From positions 704,606 through 768,605 of the forward strand of contig MU004196.1 of assembly GCA_010093605.1 (NCBI GenBank): a stretch of 64,000 nt of DNA. Direction: 5' to 3'. This DNA is from Lophium mytilinum. Lineage: Eukaryota. This document shows, one piece after another, positions 13,984 to 27,075 of this stretch (positions within the stretch are counted from its first letter, which is position 1; each line of letters begins with the position of its first letter). The translations under genes and the position numbers were made by a program. The notes beneath the pieces are model-generated. The model worked only from the letters and a program-made list of their open reading frames with translations. It did not search any database and was not told the DNA's origin.

Positions 13984-15233
13984 CTACGCCGACGCCGCCT
14001 CGTCGAAAGAACTCTTAAACGTCCACCGCGCGTCCTCACCTTGTGTGAACGGCACTCCAAGCTCGAACAGCCTTAGCACTACATCTGAGAAGTCCTTGAA
14101 GAAGGCGTCATTGTCCCTGGCGTACTTGTCGACATACTGCTTAAAGCTCTTGTCCTTAACCAGAGCCATATCAGTCGGCAGCATCATGAGTGTCTTAGTC
14201 GTGACATCCTCAAACTGCTTGGGGCCGTTCCACTTCTTGTTTTGCCACTTCTCCTCTACTAGCAGCTTGAAGTAGTCGTTCGTGAGGGTGGTCGGGGAGA
14301 AGGTCCAGGGTCCATCGAAGCCGGAGCGGTCGGTGTGGCAGCGGCCTAGAGCGTGGGCGCCGGATAGAGCGACGATTTCTTGGTCATTGAAGCCCATGCG
14401 GCCGAAGATGGCGCGGAGGTGCTTTTGCTCCTTGGAGGCGTCAGGCAGGCGGCCGTCAGGCGTGCAGAAGGATAGATCGCGGTCGGAGCGGCCGGGGCGG
14501 TAGGGGATGTGAGGGCCCTGCATTTCTTGGATGGCGGTGACGCCGGCGAGAATCCAGAGGTCGGAGTAGCTAATCCAGGGGTATGCCTCTGGCGGAATGT
14601 TAGCATGCTATTGGGCGTATATGATGGTGGAGGAGAGAGTGAATTACCTTTGACGGGCTCAAGGAAATCACGGGCAGCTTTCAGGCCAGCATTGGCTCCA
14701 TGGTCACCCTCCGGGGCAAACCTCATGGTCGCACCGTTCGAGCCTCCAGTACCAGTCTCCTTGTCGTACCTGCATATCGTCAGTCTGAGGCCTGTATCCG
14801 GCTCCGGAAAGTATGCCTGTACTCACGTTCCGCTACAATGCCATGCCAACCTCACCAGCACGGGGCCATAGCTGCCATCGTCGTACTCGTCCTTTTCCTC
14901 TAGAAGCTTTGCGATGGTCTTGTAGACCTTTTGGTAGTCCTCGTACTTGGGCTCAAAGGGGCCCTTGGTCTTCTCCTCGGCTTTGGCAAACAAACCCGGG
15001 TTCTGGCTATAAGCGTAGTACCCTCCGCCACCAAGAGCTGCCAACCCAATGCCCCAGATCAGTCCACTACTGCCGCCAGCTTTGGGAGCGCCGCTGTCAG
15101 CATAGCCCCGACGTGATTGCTGGAAAGTCTGGCGAGGGACGACTAGGCGCGAGTTGCGGGTGACGGTGGTCTTGAAAGTCGCGGGGGAGCTGCGCAGGGC
15201 GCTGCGGGTGAAGGATCGCGCTGCGGTGGCCAT
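13984..15233 (-). CDS. CCP1: Mitochondrial cytochrome c peroxidase, 3 exons
   Basis: Presequence plus TM segment; [62 protein letters not shown]. Confidence 0.97.
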
Positions 15234-15704
15234 GGCGGAAGCTGTCTGAGCTCGATCAAGGGGTGATGGGAGCTGTCGAGGGCGTAAAAAGCGGGGATTG
15301 GCGGTTCTAGAGTATCACACACAGGGAGAAGGTGAGTTGCAAGAAGGAGAGATAGATTTGGAGGCGTGGTTTTCACTGGAAAGATTCGACAACATTCGGC
15401 GGCGGGTGCTGATAACACTCCCGAGGAGACCAGGAGGCAGCCGGTGGACCCCGATAGCAGCCAATGGCGCGCCCGCCCGGCAGCACTTGCGTCTGGAACG
15501 CTTGTGCTTCATAATCGAGCATCGCGTCACTTGGGGCGACCGTTGCGCACTGTGAGGGGAGAGTCCTGCCGTGGCGGTTAAAGATTTGACGCATTATTCC
15601 AGGGTCTTTTTGAGGCTCAAGCAGCGTGGCAGCAGGGTCCAGAAGGTTTCCGGCTCGACGTCTGCCATGGCCACATGGAGAAGAGGGGAAGGCAATCTAG
15701 ACGC

Positions 15705-16007
15705 CCAATCAAACGTCTTGCATTTCGCACTCTCTCGGCCATTCACAGTCTAGCTATTCCAATTCACGTGATAGAAAACGATACAGTCGGCTCCAATAGG
15801 ATAGAGCAGAATAGCTTCAAACAGTGCGGTTAGCATAGCGCAAATACAGAAGAGGGGCGCCAGCTGAGTAGCCAATCAGGAGCCTTGCATTTCTCACTTG
15901 TCTCAACCGTTCCATATGAGGCTGTTCCAGTTCACGTGATGGTGAGTGTTACAGATCATTTCGTAGAGCACATATATTGGACAGGAGAATGTTTGGCTCT
16001 CCATTGG
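15705..16007. promoter_or_regulatory. Cluster of CCAAT boxes (four fit CSAAT-N12-RWT) and two TCACGTGA E-boxes in the CCP1/VFA1 divergent promoter
   Basis: CCAAT-N12-RWT at 15705, 15793, 15872 (+) and 16007 (-); TCACGTGA at 15764 and 15932. Confidence 0.65.
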
Positions 16008-16237
16008 CTGATTACGCTCATCGATGTGAGATATTTCTGATGCACCCGAGCATTTCTTAATAGTGTATCACGATCTGTTGGGGTATTTTTGATACATTTA
16101 TTTAGGGTAAGTTCTGATGATGTAAGCATCGGGATTTCTTTTCGCCGGTATCCAGCTTCCGAACGATCATGCCACGAGTCAACGTGACGCCACCTTTAGC
16201 ATCCTCTTTATGCAGCGTAACCACTCCCGAGATCAAG

Positions 16238-16972
16238 ATGTCGCTTCCAAACATCTGGCATCACCGTCGGGTGGCTGAGAGCTCGGCGAAGGCATGCTGG
16301 ATCTGCTACAAGCCCACTTCTAGCGTCCTTATTACACCAGATAACAAGGTAATCAAAACTAGCTGTCCTATATCGACAGCCAGCTTACAATTTCCAAGGA
16401 CTTCTTTTATATCTGCGTTGGCCATCTCAAAGATCGGCAGTTTTGCCGAGCTGACGAGGATGAGGTTGCCGCTGCTGCGGCCAAGAAAGCTAAAGAAGAG
16501 CTCGATCGTGAGATCGAAAAGGTGAAGCAAGAATACGAGGAAAAGCAGAAACGAAAGAAAGAGAAGCGGAAAGAGAAAGCAAAGGAGAAGGGCAAAGACA
16601 AGGAGAAAGACAAAGATGCCAAAAAGAATGATGATGAAGAAGACACTAAAGATGAGAAGGCAAAGGATGACAAGGTGAACTCGCACAGACGCTCTCAGTC
16701 AAAGACGACTAATGATTCTTGATAAAGATCAAGCAGCTCTCTGAAGCCAAAGATGCTCCAAAAGCAGACGATGGACCACGCATCTATTCTCTCACGAAGT
16801 ACGCTCTTGCCAGTTTCTAATCGAAGCATCGCGGATCGGCGACTGACTTGCCCTTAGGAATTTCTACCAAATGCGTGTTGACCGAATCCGAAACGCTGAG
16901 ATTGCGAAACGGAGTAGAGAACGTCTTAAGAGCCCTACCGCTTTCCCATCTGTGCCTAGCGGCGATCTCTGA
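16238..16972 (+). CDS. VFA1: VPS4-associated protein 1 family (Vfa1/DUF1742), 4 exons
   Basis: MSLPNIWHHRRVAESSAKACWICYKPTSSVLITPDNK|DFFYICVGHLKDRQFC; K/E-rich coiled coil; ends FYQMRVDRIRNAEIAKRSRERLKSPTAFPSVPSGDL*. Confidence 0.88.
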
Positions 16973-19900
16973 GCAGTATGGGGTCCGATTGCTTCACCAT
17001 TGCCTATTTTTGGTCGCTATCAGTCCAAGCTGTCAATTACCTCATTCGCGGCGGCGGCCAAATCACTTGGCAGTTACCGTCCGCTTAATGCCACCAAACG
17101 ATGCTCGTGTTCCTCTCACCCCCAGCCCTAAGATGCATTTGTAGGGAAAGAATATGCAGTCAGCAATTAGCGACCGACCACAAGGCCTACGCAGGCCAGA
17201 GCACAGGTGGTGTCGTACCAGAACGGCTCTGCGTTGTCTATGCTGCACATCAGAACTTCGGAAGCGGATATTGATCCGCGTGCTGGGATAGCTAATCAAT
17301 CCGGGCAGACAGCTCGCGTAGTATCCAAACAGCAGCCATTCTTCGGGTCAGACGACGACATGCTGACTGCATGCGGGGAAAAATGCGGGGATTTTAGTGT
17401 TGTTTCACGGTCAGTCGTCTTCTCATACAAATCTGATCATTTCCACAAGTCCAATGTGATAAATCTGTTGCGGATGGAGTCTTGGCTGTCTCATTGAGCG
17501 CTTGCTTGATCCGAGATCCTGAAGAGCACACTCGCGACCTTGCGGAGATCCCACATTGGCACACGCATGCTCTTCGAGAGGCTGTCCGTGCTTCTGCACC
17601 CTATCTGTTTACTTTCCTGTTGAGTTTCATTGTGCTTCGCAACAGTTAGAGCATTCGCCTAGCTTGATGTGCCGCGGGATCACAGAAGTCACCCTTTGCA
17701 CACGAAGGCATGCCATCCAGGCCGCCTAGCTACCTGATCGAATGTATTCACCCGAACTTGATTCCCTGCACTCAACACTGATCATAGTTGGGAACACGTC
17801 GAACAGCTTGGTACCAACTCCAATTTTATCCAGCATCTCTGGGTATGCCTACAGGTGAAGCGAAGAACTAGCACGACGGAGCTATTTGTGAAGGGACCAC
17901 GTCTTGAAATATGATCAGGCACCATGTTTATCTTTCAATGAAGAATCGCAACCCAGCGGCTTACGTACTCCCGCTCTCCGCCCATATTGCTAGCATTCAT
18001 GGCCAGCGCGCAATCTCTGCAGAGCTCGTCTTATCTGGGTGCTTTAATCCAGTTGCCCAAGGCGACACCAAATGCTATGGAACGAGGTGTGAAGATCACT
18101 GGAGACTCTGCCGACAATGGCCACAAGGCAGTGGACGTTGGGACGTTGGGACGTTCTCCACATCGGTATGAAATCTCGTTTCGAGAGAAGTACCCAGATC
18201 TTCATACGACAGAACGACTTGTCAAGACTCGAAGCTGAGGATCTTCCCAAGGAAGACAGCCTTTTCATGCTGGTTAGACTCGAGGTTACACAGCAGGTTG
18301 CTTGACCATCCACAGCATCATGCGTGGTTGGGTTTAGCTGCTCGGTCACAAAGCTAGCAGGCCCTCCAACGCTGAGCCTGCAGCTACAACAGCGCTCCTA
18401 GCTGATGTGTCTTCCCGAAAGCTTGATATTTGCAGATGATCAGCAGAAGTCGTTTGTGGATATATGTCCGATTGGCAGAAGGCGCGGGACGGCAGAAATT
18501 TCTTTTCCGAAGCATCTAGCTCTAGGTGCAGCTCCCTGCAAAGCGACGAGCCCCTCGAACACCTGCAGGTCTGCAGAGTTACCTAGCGCCTTCAAAACTC
18601 TTCCAGTATGGTACTCCAGGGCACTCGAGGCGGTCAAGAAGCAGGACGCCACCAAGTCGTCTCTGCCTTTCTTCGCTATATGCAGAAGAAGGCCTCGTCT
18701 GCTTCGCCAACAACGGGCTCCACAAGTCTACCTGATGGGACCATACGACCAATGAAGGGCGTGGCGCGAGCTCAAGCGATCGCATAATCCTAGAATGGCA
18801 CGAGGGACAGACGCCACGCCACCTGGCACGCGGATCTTGGGAGTTGTGTGGACGGGGAAGCTGGTTCAGAGTTCCGCCTTGCCATGCCAAGCCATGCACC
18901 AGCTCCCCCAAACTGCAGGCCTCTAGGCGCGGGAGGCCTGTGGTATCACGATATCGACGTTTTGGTAATGGAAATGTCTTGGCCACTCTCTACTCCGGCG
19001 AATACTCTTAGGCGAACAACCAACTCCCTCCCAACCTGGCCCTGAGGTATTGGGAACAACCTCGATGCCAAACCGAGACCCTGGAAGGGTTCCTTACCCT
19101 ATTCTAGCTCGATGATAGCGTGGACCCTCTCTGACATTCACGGAGAATACTCCGAGTGAATCTCAGAGCCAGCGCTGGGAGCGAGCGCTGGGAAGCGAGC
19201 TCTAGGCTTAGCGACGCTCAATCACAAAATGAAATATCCGTGCTGGAATGCAGCTTGCTGAACTGCACTGCGTAATTACATGTTTCTGTACCGGAGAGCA
19301 AGTATTTTCGGGCCATCGGTCGGATGTGCGCCCAGCATTACTCGATCCGAGTCGTCTCCCTACTGCCATCAATGAACACGGGACGGGGCGCCAGAGCATC
19401 CGTGGGCGCCGAACCGCAAACCCATGGAGTTTCGGTGACGTTCACATTCGAAATGCTGGACTGCATGTTCAGCCCAGGGCCTTGATTCGAGGGCGGCCGT
19501 GTTGGCACTATATACAGCAGGTCTCTCGGGATTCCCCTGATTGTCATATCACAGCAATTTATACATACCTCGGATAGGGCTTATTACAATGACCTCACTT
19601 TGGTTACTCTGCTCACAAGCATTTTCCAAACCTGTGCCCTCCTACCAGGGAACAGGCCAGGCTGGGTATGTATGTCTCACCCTCTCCATGTCGGAGGAGC
19701 AACAAGCATCAATCTAGCTCCTCCCCCATCCCCTCCCCCACGTCTGCCAAGCATGCCCGTCCGCTCGGCCTCGCCGTCACCCAATCGATATTTTCAATTC
19801 CCATGTCGAATCCTGGAGAAAAATGCTCAAACGGGCGTCCTGCATTCCACCGCATTCCCGCACCCTGTATTGTGTTTTGGCGGTGGGAGGGATTAGGGTG

Positions 19901-22153
19901 GTAGAGGGAGGATAATTCTCCGATGTCGGTCTAGCGTGTGCGACGTTGACGACCTGGGAGGCCTGGTATCATGGCGATGATTGCTGGTGAAGGCAAATCG
20001 AACTGGCGTTTCCGTAAGGCCACCCGCTGCATACTTCGCGTAGACGCGGGACGAACCCACACCCGCACCGTCGACAAGCGGCACCGAAGCGCCACAACGG
20101 CACGCACCTTTTCACCGTCTGCAAGGCTGAAGCTCCGCTTCGGTGAAGCTCTGGATGGGTGATCGTCACACCGTCGTACCGCGTATCGCCAAAACCGCAC
20201 AGTTCAAGGAAAGTCCTCGCATGACGTTCAGGCCAGCAGCACGCGATTTCTGATTTGCCCGTGCTACCACCACCGCCCGACATCTGACAGCGATCCCCAC
20301 AAATTCTTGTATGGGAAGTGTTGTGAGTAGAGTGTCACAAGCTGTGTCAGCCCACGCCTGGATCCCAGATAATCACCTGACACCACCGGGGGGCCGAGAT
20401 CCGGCGATCTGAGATCCATCCCATCGTATCGAATGTTACCCAGAGCCAAGGCGCTCGCCCCCAGATCTAGCAGCCCGTCCCATCGCTATTCCTGCCCCTT
20501 CAAGTCATTTTTTTTTCTCGCTGGGACGTTGAGAGAAGGCCAGGCCCTTGGGTGGAGACGGTCGTTTGCGTATTATGGGTACGGCGCGCGTAAGGCGCCC
20601 AGCCCTACGCGGGCTCCGGAGTCTGCGGTCTCTCTGCATTGCGATGGAGAAAGGAATTGTCGGTCTGTGATGCGACCGTCGCATCGCATATACCTGTCCA
20701 CAAACGCGTGCATGTGTCCATCGCTCCGTTCAGGTTTTGCAACCAAACCTCGCACTTCCTTGCATTTGGGCCTGTGCGGAAGCGGCAACGATCATTTGGA
20801 CATGGCCGGTACACAAATTGTCCTCTTACCAGCACCTCCCCTCCTCCCGCCGCCATCAGCACAGACGCTGTCAAAGAGAGCGTTGCGCTCGCGGGGCAGC
20901 GAGTCTTCCCATGCGATTGTGAGACATAAGCGCTAGCTGCGAGCGGGTCAGGCGCGCGTTTAGGCCTGGCGTAGGGGCCTGGCGAAGCCTGTCAGCTCCC
21001 ATCAGCAGGGAGCCATGAGTAAAATGCACCCAACTGGGACTACTGCGTGCAGTAGCTCGCGAGGGGGCTTGGCGAGCGGTGCACGTTCTGAGTAGGTGTG
21101 AGACATTGGGATGTGTGTTGTGATACAGGTTGATGGAACTACTGGCCCTGAAGACAGGAAACTCATTTTTGCGGCTTATTGATTCTTGGTCGGGCGGTGG
21201 GTGAGCTGGGATATGGCGGTGATGTTGAGGCTGTGGAGTGCTCACCGGTTGGCTGGAGCGATCGTCTGTCTTCCTGTTTTGGGGTTGAGCTCGGTAGGCG
21301 ACTGGTGATGAGACCTGGGATGCTCACCGGTTTAGCGATTTGCGCAACACAACGTGCCGCGAATGTCTCGGAACGGCATCCATTTTGGGAACGCTAGCGT
21401 GCTGAATAAGGCACCAGTATCAGTAAACCACTGCCGCTTTCTCGTATTGGCGAGCCAAGAGGACGCAATTAGTAGTATTTCGCCGACCAGGAGAGGAACC
21501 AGGCCTTTGACAAACATTCATTTTTAGATTACGTGATACGATACGTAAATTTGTAGCGCACTTCGGCGGCGGTAGAGACGTGTGTATGAGGTATGTGTGT
21601 GCTTTGCTGAGACACACATCAAAAGCCAAGTGTAAGTCGGGCAGAGCGAAGACAAGCACGGTCTGTGAAGAGACCACCATCCCCAGCAAACATGACACCG
21701 GAGATGCAACAATCCAACCAAAACAGCAAAACAGCCCAGTGCTGGAACATGCTCCGAGACAAAGCCAAAACAATCCCGTTCACCCTCGCGAAGAATAAAA
21801 CAAGTGTACGCCGTCGTGAACGTCATGATGAGAGAGTTGTGTAGAGTACTTTATGGAGAAAAAGCAAGGCCCTGCTGGGCGGTCGAGAGCCAGCCAAGGC
21901 AGGGGTGTGAAAATTGACGAATGTTTTTCGCTTGAATCGAGGCATGCAGAATAAAAGGTCTAGGCCTCTGGTGAATGAAGCCACCGAGAAGAACCCTAGA
22001 AAAGAAACAAGACCGCCGGCTCCATAGAAAAAGACCAAGTCCAACCTATGGTGGAGATGTCGAAGTTTTGGAGATGAAACAAAGCGCTTAGATCAAATGC
22101 ATTGATGAATGAATGCTCGCTCAATCAATCGACGAACCGCGATAACCCCCATC

Positions 22154-24376
22154 TCATGACTCGTCGTGGACCTCGTCGATTACGCCCGGCTTCGATGCCG
22201 ATGCCAACAGCCCCCCGGCAGATGAGCCGCTGAGGGAGCCTACGGATGACACCCTCTCCTTGGGTGGGGGTTCGTCCTTCATGCACGCGTTCTCCAGCAT
22301 GTTGGTCCACTTTCCGCTGGTCCCGGCATGGCTGTGTTTCAGGTGTTGCCGGAAATGATCGGCGCGGAAGAACTTCTTTGCTTGGTTGCACTCGCCGAAC
22401 TTGTGCACGTGATTCAGGTGTTCGGACCGGGCTGGCCAGTCGGCAGGATTGGGGAACTCGTCGCCGCAGTACCCGCACACATCGGCGAGGGCTGGGCGTG
22501 CCGAAGAGGGGTGAAATGCGCCCTCGACGCTGGAAAGCGCAGCGCAGGACCACGAATGCCGCCGTAGATGCAGTGAATTCTGGTGCCGCTCGGCCTCGTT
22601 CTTGTTCTTGAAGCGGTTCGAGCAGTACGCGCACGTGTACTGCTTTTCGAGCTCGTGGATTCTGGGCACGTCAGCGATACAGCACAGTCAAGGGATAGCG
22701 GGTCTAGTTGAGGGCTTACCGTAGCTCGTCCTCGGTGTCGAACTTCTTGGGCTTCTTGGGACAGCACTCGCAGATCAAGTTGCCCTGGATGCGCTGGACG
22801 CCGCTGTTCTGGCGCGAGTGCGAGAGGCTGGCGTCCGACATGGTGCGGTGGTGCGGCTCGTGGTCGGACGGGCCTCGCTGGTGTTGCGGTCGAGACAGAG
22901 ATGCCCGGGGACTGGGGTTGAGCGACCTACTAGCCGTAAACGGCGAGACGGCGCCAAACTCTGATTCTACCGAGGGCGAGAGGGCTCCAGGCGACAGACG
23001 TTGCTCTCCGCCGTTGTAACTCGTCGCGCTCGATGCGACCGACAGCCCATACGACGACGCAAACGACCCCGTGCGCTGGCTCAGCGACGACGCCGACGAG
23101 AGTGACCCCTGGTTTGCGTGGAAGCGCGACACGGGTGAGTTGCGGTTCACCAGCATCTGGGCAGACCGCCGGTGGTACAGGTCGTTACCGCCTCCTGTGA
23201 GCGGCCGGTCATCCCGCGCCGCTTCGGAGGGCGGTGATGACGCCCGCCGCTTGATGCCTGCCTTGGAGCCGGGGTACTCGTCGGACCCTGCAGGGCTGCG
23301 GTCGTTGATGTTCAGGTCGCGCAGACCGCTGTCCTCCATACCGAATTCCTGCTCTGAGAAAACGCTGACGTCGAAGCTCTGGTGCCTGGGATGGGCCGAC
23401 ACGCTCTCTTCCACGGTTGAGGGGGTCGACAGGCTGCCGTACCGCCGTGGGTGGGTGCTGTCGTAGCTGGGGTCGAATCCTGGACTGCGGAATCCCGAAT
23501 GCCCAGGCGACACCCCTCCTGACGGTGTCCACCGGGATATGGGTGAATCGAGCGACGAGTACAGGCGGTCGGGCACCGAGAGGGGTTTCAATTGCCCGTT
23601 GAGTTTGTTTAGAGTATTGTGGGGGACGGTTGAGTTTTCCTGTGCGCTAGAGGAGAACAGGCCGGAGTTGGATGTTCTTGTAGGAGTATTCGGGCCGCCA
23701 ATCTTGGATAGGAGCTGTTTGTCGTATGCGTGGGAGGAGTTCTGCAGAGTCTGCTTGCCAAGCTGGCTTTCGCTGGTGAATCTGCGGGTCATGGTGGACA
23801 TGTTAGCGTTCATGTTGCAGTCTGGAGTATTACGGGGCGGACGAGCCACGCCTTGTGCGCGTGCCAGTGGCGACTGGTGGAAGTCGACGGATAGGAAGGG
23901 AATGCATACCGGTGGTTTCCCAACGACGGGCGCGCTGGACCGCGGTCCTCGTCACTGCGATCCGAGCTGTCGGTGTTCATGTCCACGTCAAAGGAGCGCG
24001 ACGACGCACTCTCGCGCCGGGCATGGCCATATGCATAGCGGTCGCCGTCCGACCTGTGGTGCTGCACCTGACCAATGCCGCCTCCACCGCCCAGCAGACT
24101 CGACCCAGGCTTCACCGAGGCGGCCGATCTCCCGAAGCCTGCGCCGTTGGGACTGTGGGTATTACCCCACTGCCAGCCCGGGTCTTGGCCCTCAGCGAGC
24201 TCGCCAATGTAACGTGGAGGAGGTAAGGGCGGCGGCGGGCTCTCACGAGCATTTGGAATCGCCATGGGGACTCCTGAGGCGGCGTAGGAAGAGCGGCGCG
24301 GTAGCGAGTACCGGTTGTGGTGCGGCGCCGAGTCATATACGCGAATAGACGGTGTCGATGTTGTTGCGTGCGACAT
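22154..24376 (-). CDS. C2H2 zinc-finger transcription factor (3 exons; introns 23782-23909 and 22662-22719)
   Basis: Long S/P-rich region, then CECCPKKPKKFDTEDELR|IHELEKQYTCAYCSNRFKNKNEAERHQNSLH, CGYCGDEF...HLNHVH, KKFFRADHFRQHLKHSH. Confidence 0.9.
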
Positions 24377-27075
24377 GGCGACGAGGAGCAGGGGGCTTTT
24401 AGAGTTGCCACCAGCTGAGTTTGTGAGCGGGCCCAAAGTGGCAATACTAATCCACGGCGACTCGACGCTTCAGCGCTTAAGGGACGGCAGCAGCAGCCAC
24501 GAAGCCACGGGGGGCCCGAAGCAGCACGCAGGCACACAAATAGGCCGCGAGCCGCCAGGTGGGTCGGGCAGCGGGCGGCGGATGGGCGTGCCTCAGGGAT
24601 GAGGGCAGTGGAGGGTGGTGTGGACGGCGAGGCGGGCTGGAGGCGTTGAGTTCGTGATACCGGGGACTGGAGGACAGGAGATTAGCGGACTTTTGGATTT
24701 CGGCCTCAGCCCTACGAGGCTGGACAGTGCCGGCTGAAGAAACGCACCCGCCTGGGCCGCACAGCCACGCCGCGGAGCTACGCCTAGGGCAGAAGGCCTC
24801 GAGGAGTCTGGAGTGCGCGTCGTCGGCAGGCTCATGCGGGTAGCGTGCTCGCGGTGCGTTCGCTGCAGTGGCCACGGCGCATGGGCAGCACGCCGGCCAT
24901 TCGAAGCAGCCCGGGGACCAGAGAGGGCGGCGATGCTGCTGGCCGCGAGTGTGCGGGTCCGGTGGCGCGTCGTGGGTGGGTGAGGCTCGGGAGCAGCAGA
25001 GTCAGGGGAGAGACAGCAGCTGTCACGGCGAGCAGACGAGGTGCATAGAGAGCAAGACAGCACAAGACAACAGGCGGCGAGAGGTGAGGGGCGGTCCGAT
25101 GCGTTTGAGAGAGCGGTGCTGCGTCCAACGGTACATATTCATAAGAGGGGACCGCCATAAGCTCGCTTTTCCGCCAAAGGCTGCTCCGTGCCCATCGCCT
25201 GGGGGGTCCTCCCAGCCGCTAAACGGCGCGGATTGGCCCTCTCTGCGCACCGAACGCACTGGAGGGCGGCAGGGGAGTGCCTTGGTGTGCAGGCCTCAAC
25301 TCGAGCTTTCCAGAAGGCGTGCAGAATCCCGCAGGGCCAGCGAATGCTGTCGAGTCAACTGCCTGCGGCCGGCAGCAGCACGCTTCTCGAGCAGCGATGC
25401 ATCCAGCACTTCGTCCGCGCCCAGCAAGGCCCCGGCCACCCGCCAGAGGGCTGTTTCAAGATGACGGCGAGCATTCCCGGCAGCGTGGGACCTCAGTACT
25501 GTCAGCCTGGCCCTCATCTCGGGGCTCCAGCGCGCCCGCTCATCCGCTGCTGCAACCCGTCTGGGAGCACGGCCAAGCCCACCGACTACCCAGGCGCGCG
25601 CCCTCGCTCCAACGCTGTGTGGGGACACGGACACGGTGACAGGGCTCGCGGTCGACGGTCGATGGTCGACGACAGTGAAGCGCCGGCGAGACGTCTCGGG
25701 CGGCACAACTTGGGCGTGGCCAGCGGCATGCACTCATGGCGTCGTATCGTGAAGGCGCCGACGCTGTGCAAGACGGGCCGTGGCCAGCAGACGGTGCAGA
25801 AAAGCTGAGGGCGACGCGGTGAGGACGGATGCACGAAGCTCGCTGAGGTGCATGCGAAGACGGCCTTACAACTGCTAGCGCCCACGACCCAGGGTCCCTC
25901 CCAAGGCTCTAGCGACTCCTTCAGCCTTACGGGCGTTACTGGCGGCCGATATCAAAAGCGTCGACTCGTGGACCGTGGGACTCGATTCGATGCCCCCTCA
26001 CGCTGCCAGCCTCGGGGTCGACCACACAACCACAACGCCGTTCTTGTGCAACACCACCCAAAGCACCCCCGCCCTTGAACGCTGATCGCTGGATCGCCGC
26101 CGCTGCATCGTCTCAAACGCTGTCGGCGTGCTGGCGGGCGAATAGCGGTGGCGGTGCCCCATCCGGTGCATCGTGCCACTCACCACTCGTTATGGCCCGG
26201 CAGCCCTGCTCTCCGTCCAGGCTCTTGACCCCATGCTGACCATCTCTTGAACTCGACGCTTGGATGAAACAACGGAAGATGGACGTAGGATAGAGGCAGA
26301 ATACGCAGGATAGATGCAGGAAGCCCTACGCTTAGCGGGAGAAGCCGGCTGTCCTGCGAACTCGTCGTCCTCTTCGGGCATGGGGTCCCAGGTTCCCCAG
26401 ACGTGCCGCAACTGACGCCGGCTGACCACTTGGGTCGGCCAGGGATGCAACGGTGAGATAGATTGACGGGCACATTCACCAACCGCGAGACAGGCCTCAT
26501 GCTGGACGTGACACGGCTGCAGGCGTGACAATCGCCGGCTTCCACGGTTCGCGCTGCAGATGTGAGGGCTGCTAGCGCCTCTCGTGATGCCGAGCCAGAA
26601 AAAGCGGACACGGCACGCCGCGCACAAGCAAGGAGACCCCCGACATAGAGAGCTTCGGTGCACGGGAGCTGGCGCCCTGAGCCGTCTGTGGCGCGCTCAG
26701 ATCCTCAGCCCTATCACGGCCTGATCGGCTTCCTGGTCGGCGGCGTGCCGCAAAGGCACCGCACCGGGCGCCGAACCGAATGCTCGCAGGCAGGTTTTGC
26801 CTACTGTTTCGGTGCCTCTGCCGTCTCCACGCTCCAATTGCCGGCGCGGGAGGCAAGGGAAATTTGTTGCGGTGTGGGAAAGTCGCCTGGCAGCGCCAAA
26901 GCGGGCGTCTCATCCGCGCTCTAGAGATTACGGCTTGAACGCCCACACACGAGCCTCGGCCAATGTTGGACCAGCGAAAAACGCTGATTCACCAGGCGAC
27001 GTCTGCCCATCATCGCCAGGCCACACGCGGGAGTCTCCCCCTCTGGAGTACGCAATACTGCAATCTCCGACTGCG

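Noticed and set aside
23539..24348. 269-aa plus-strand ORF and similar GC-rich ORFs at 24400-27000 and 62500-64000
   Set aside because: Antisense shadows or chance ORFs in GC-rich regulatory DNA; R/P/A/S-rich with no domain signal.
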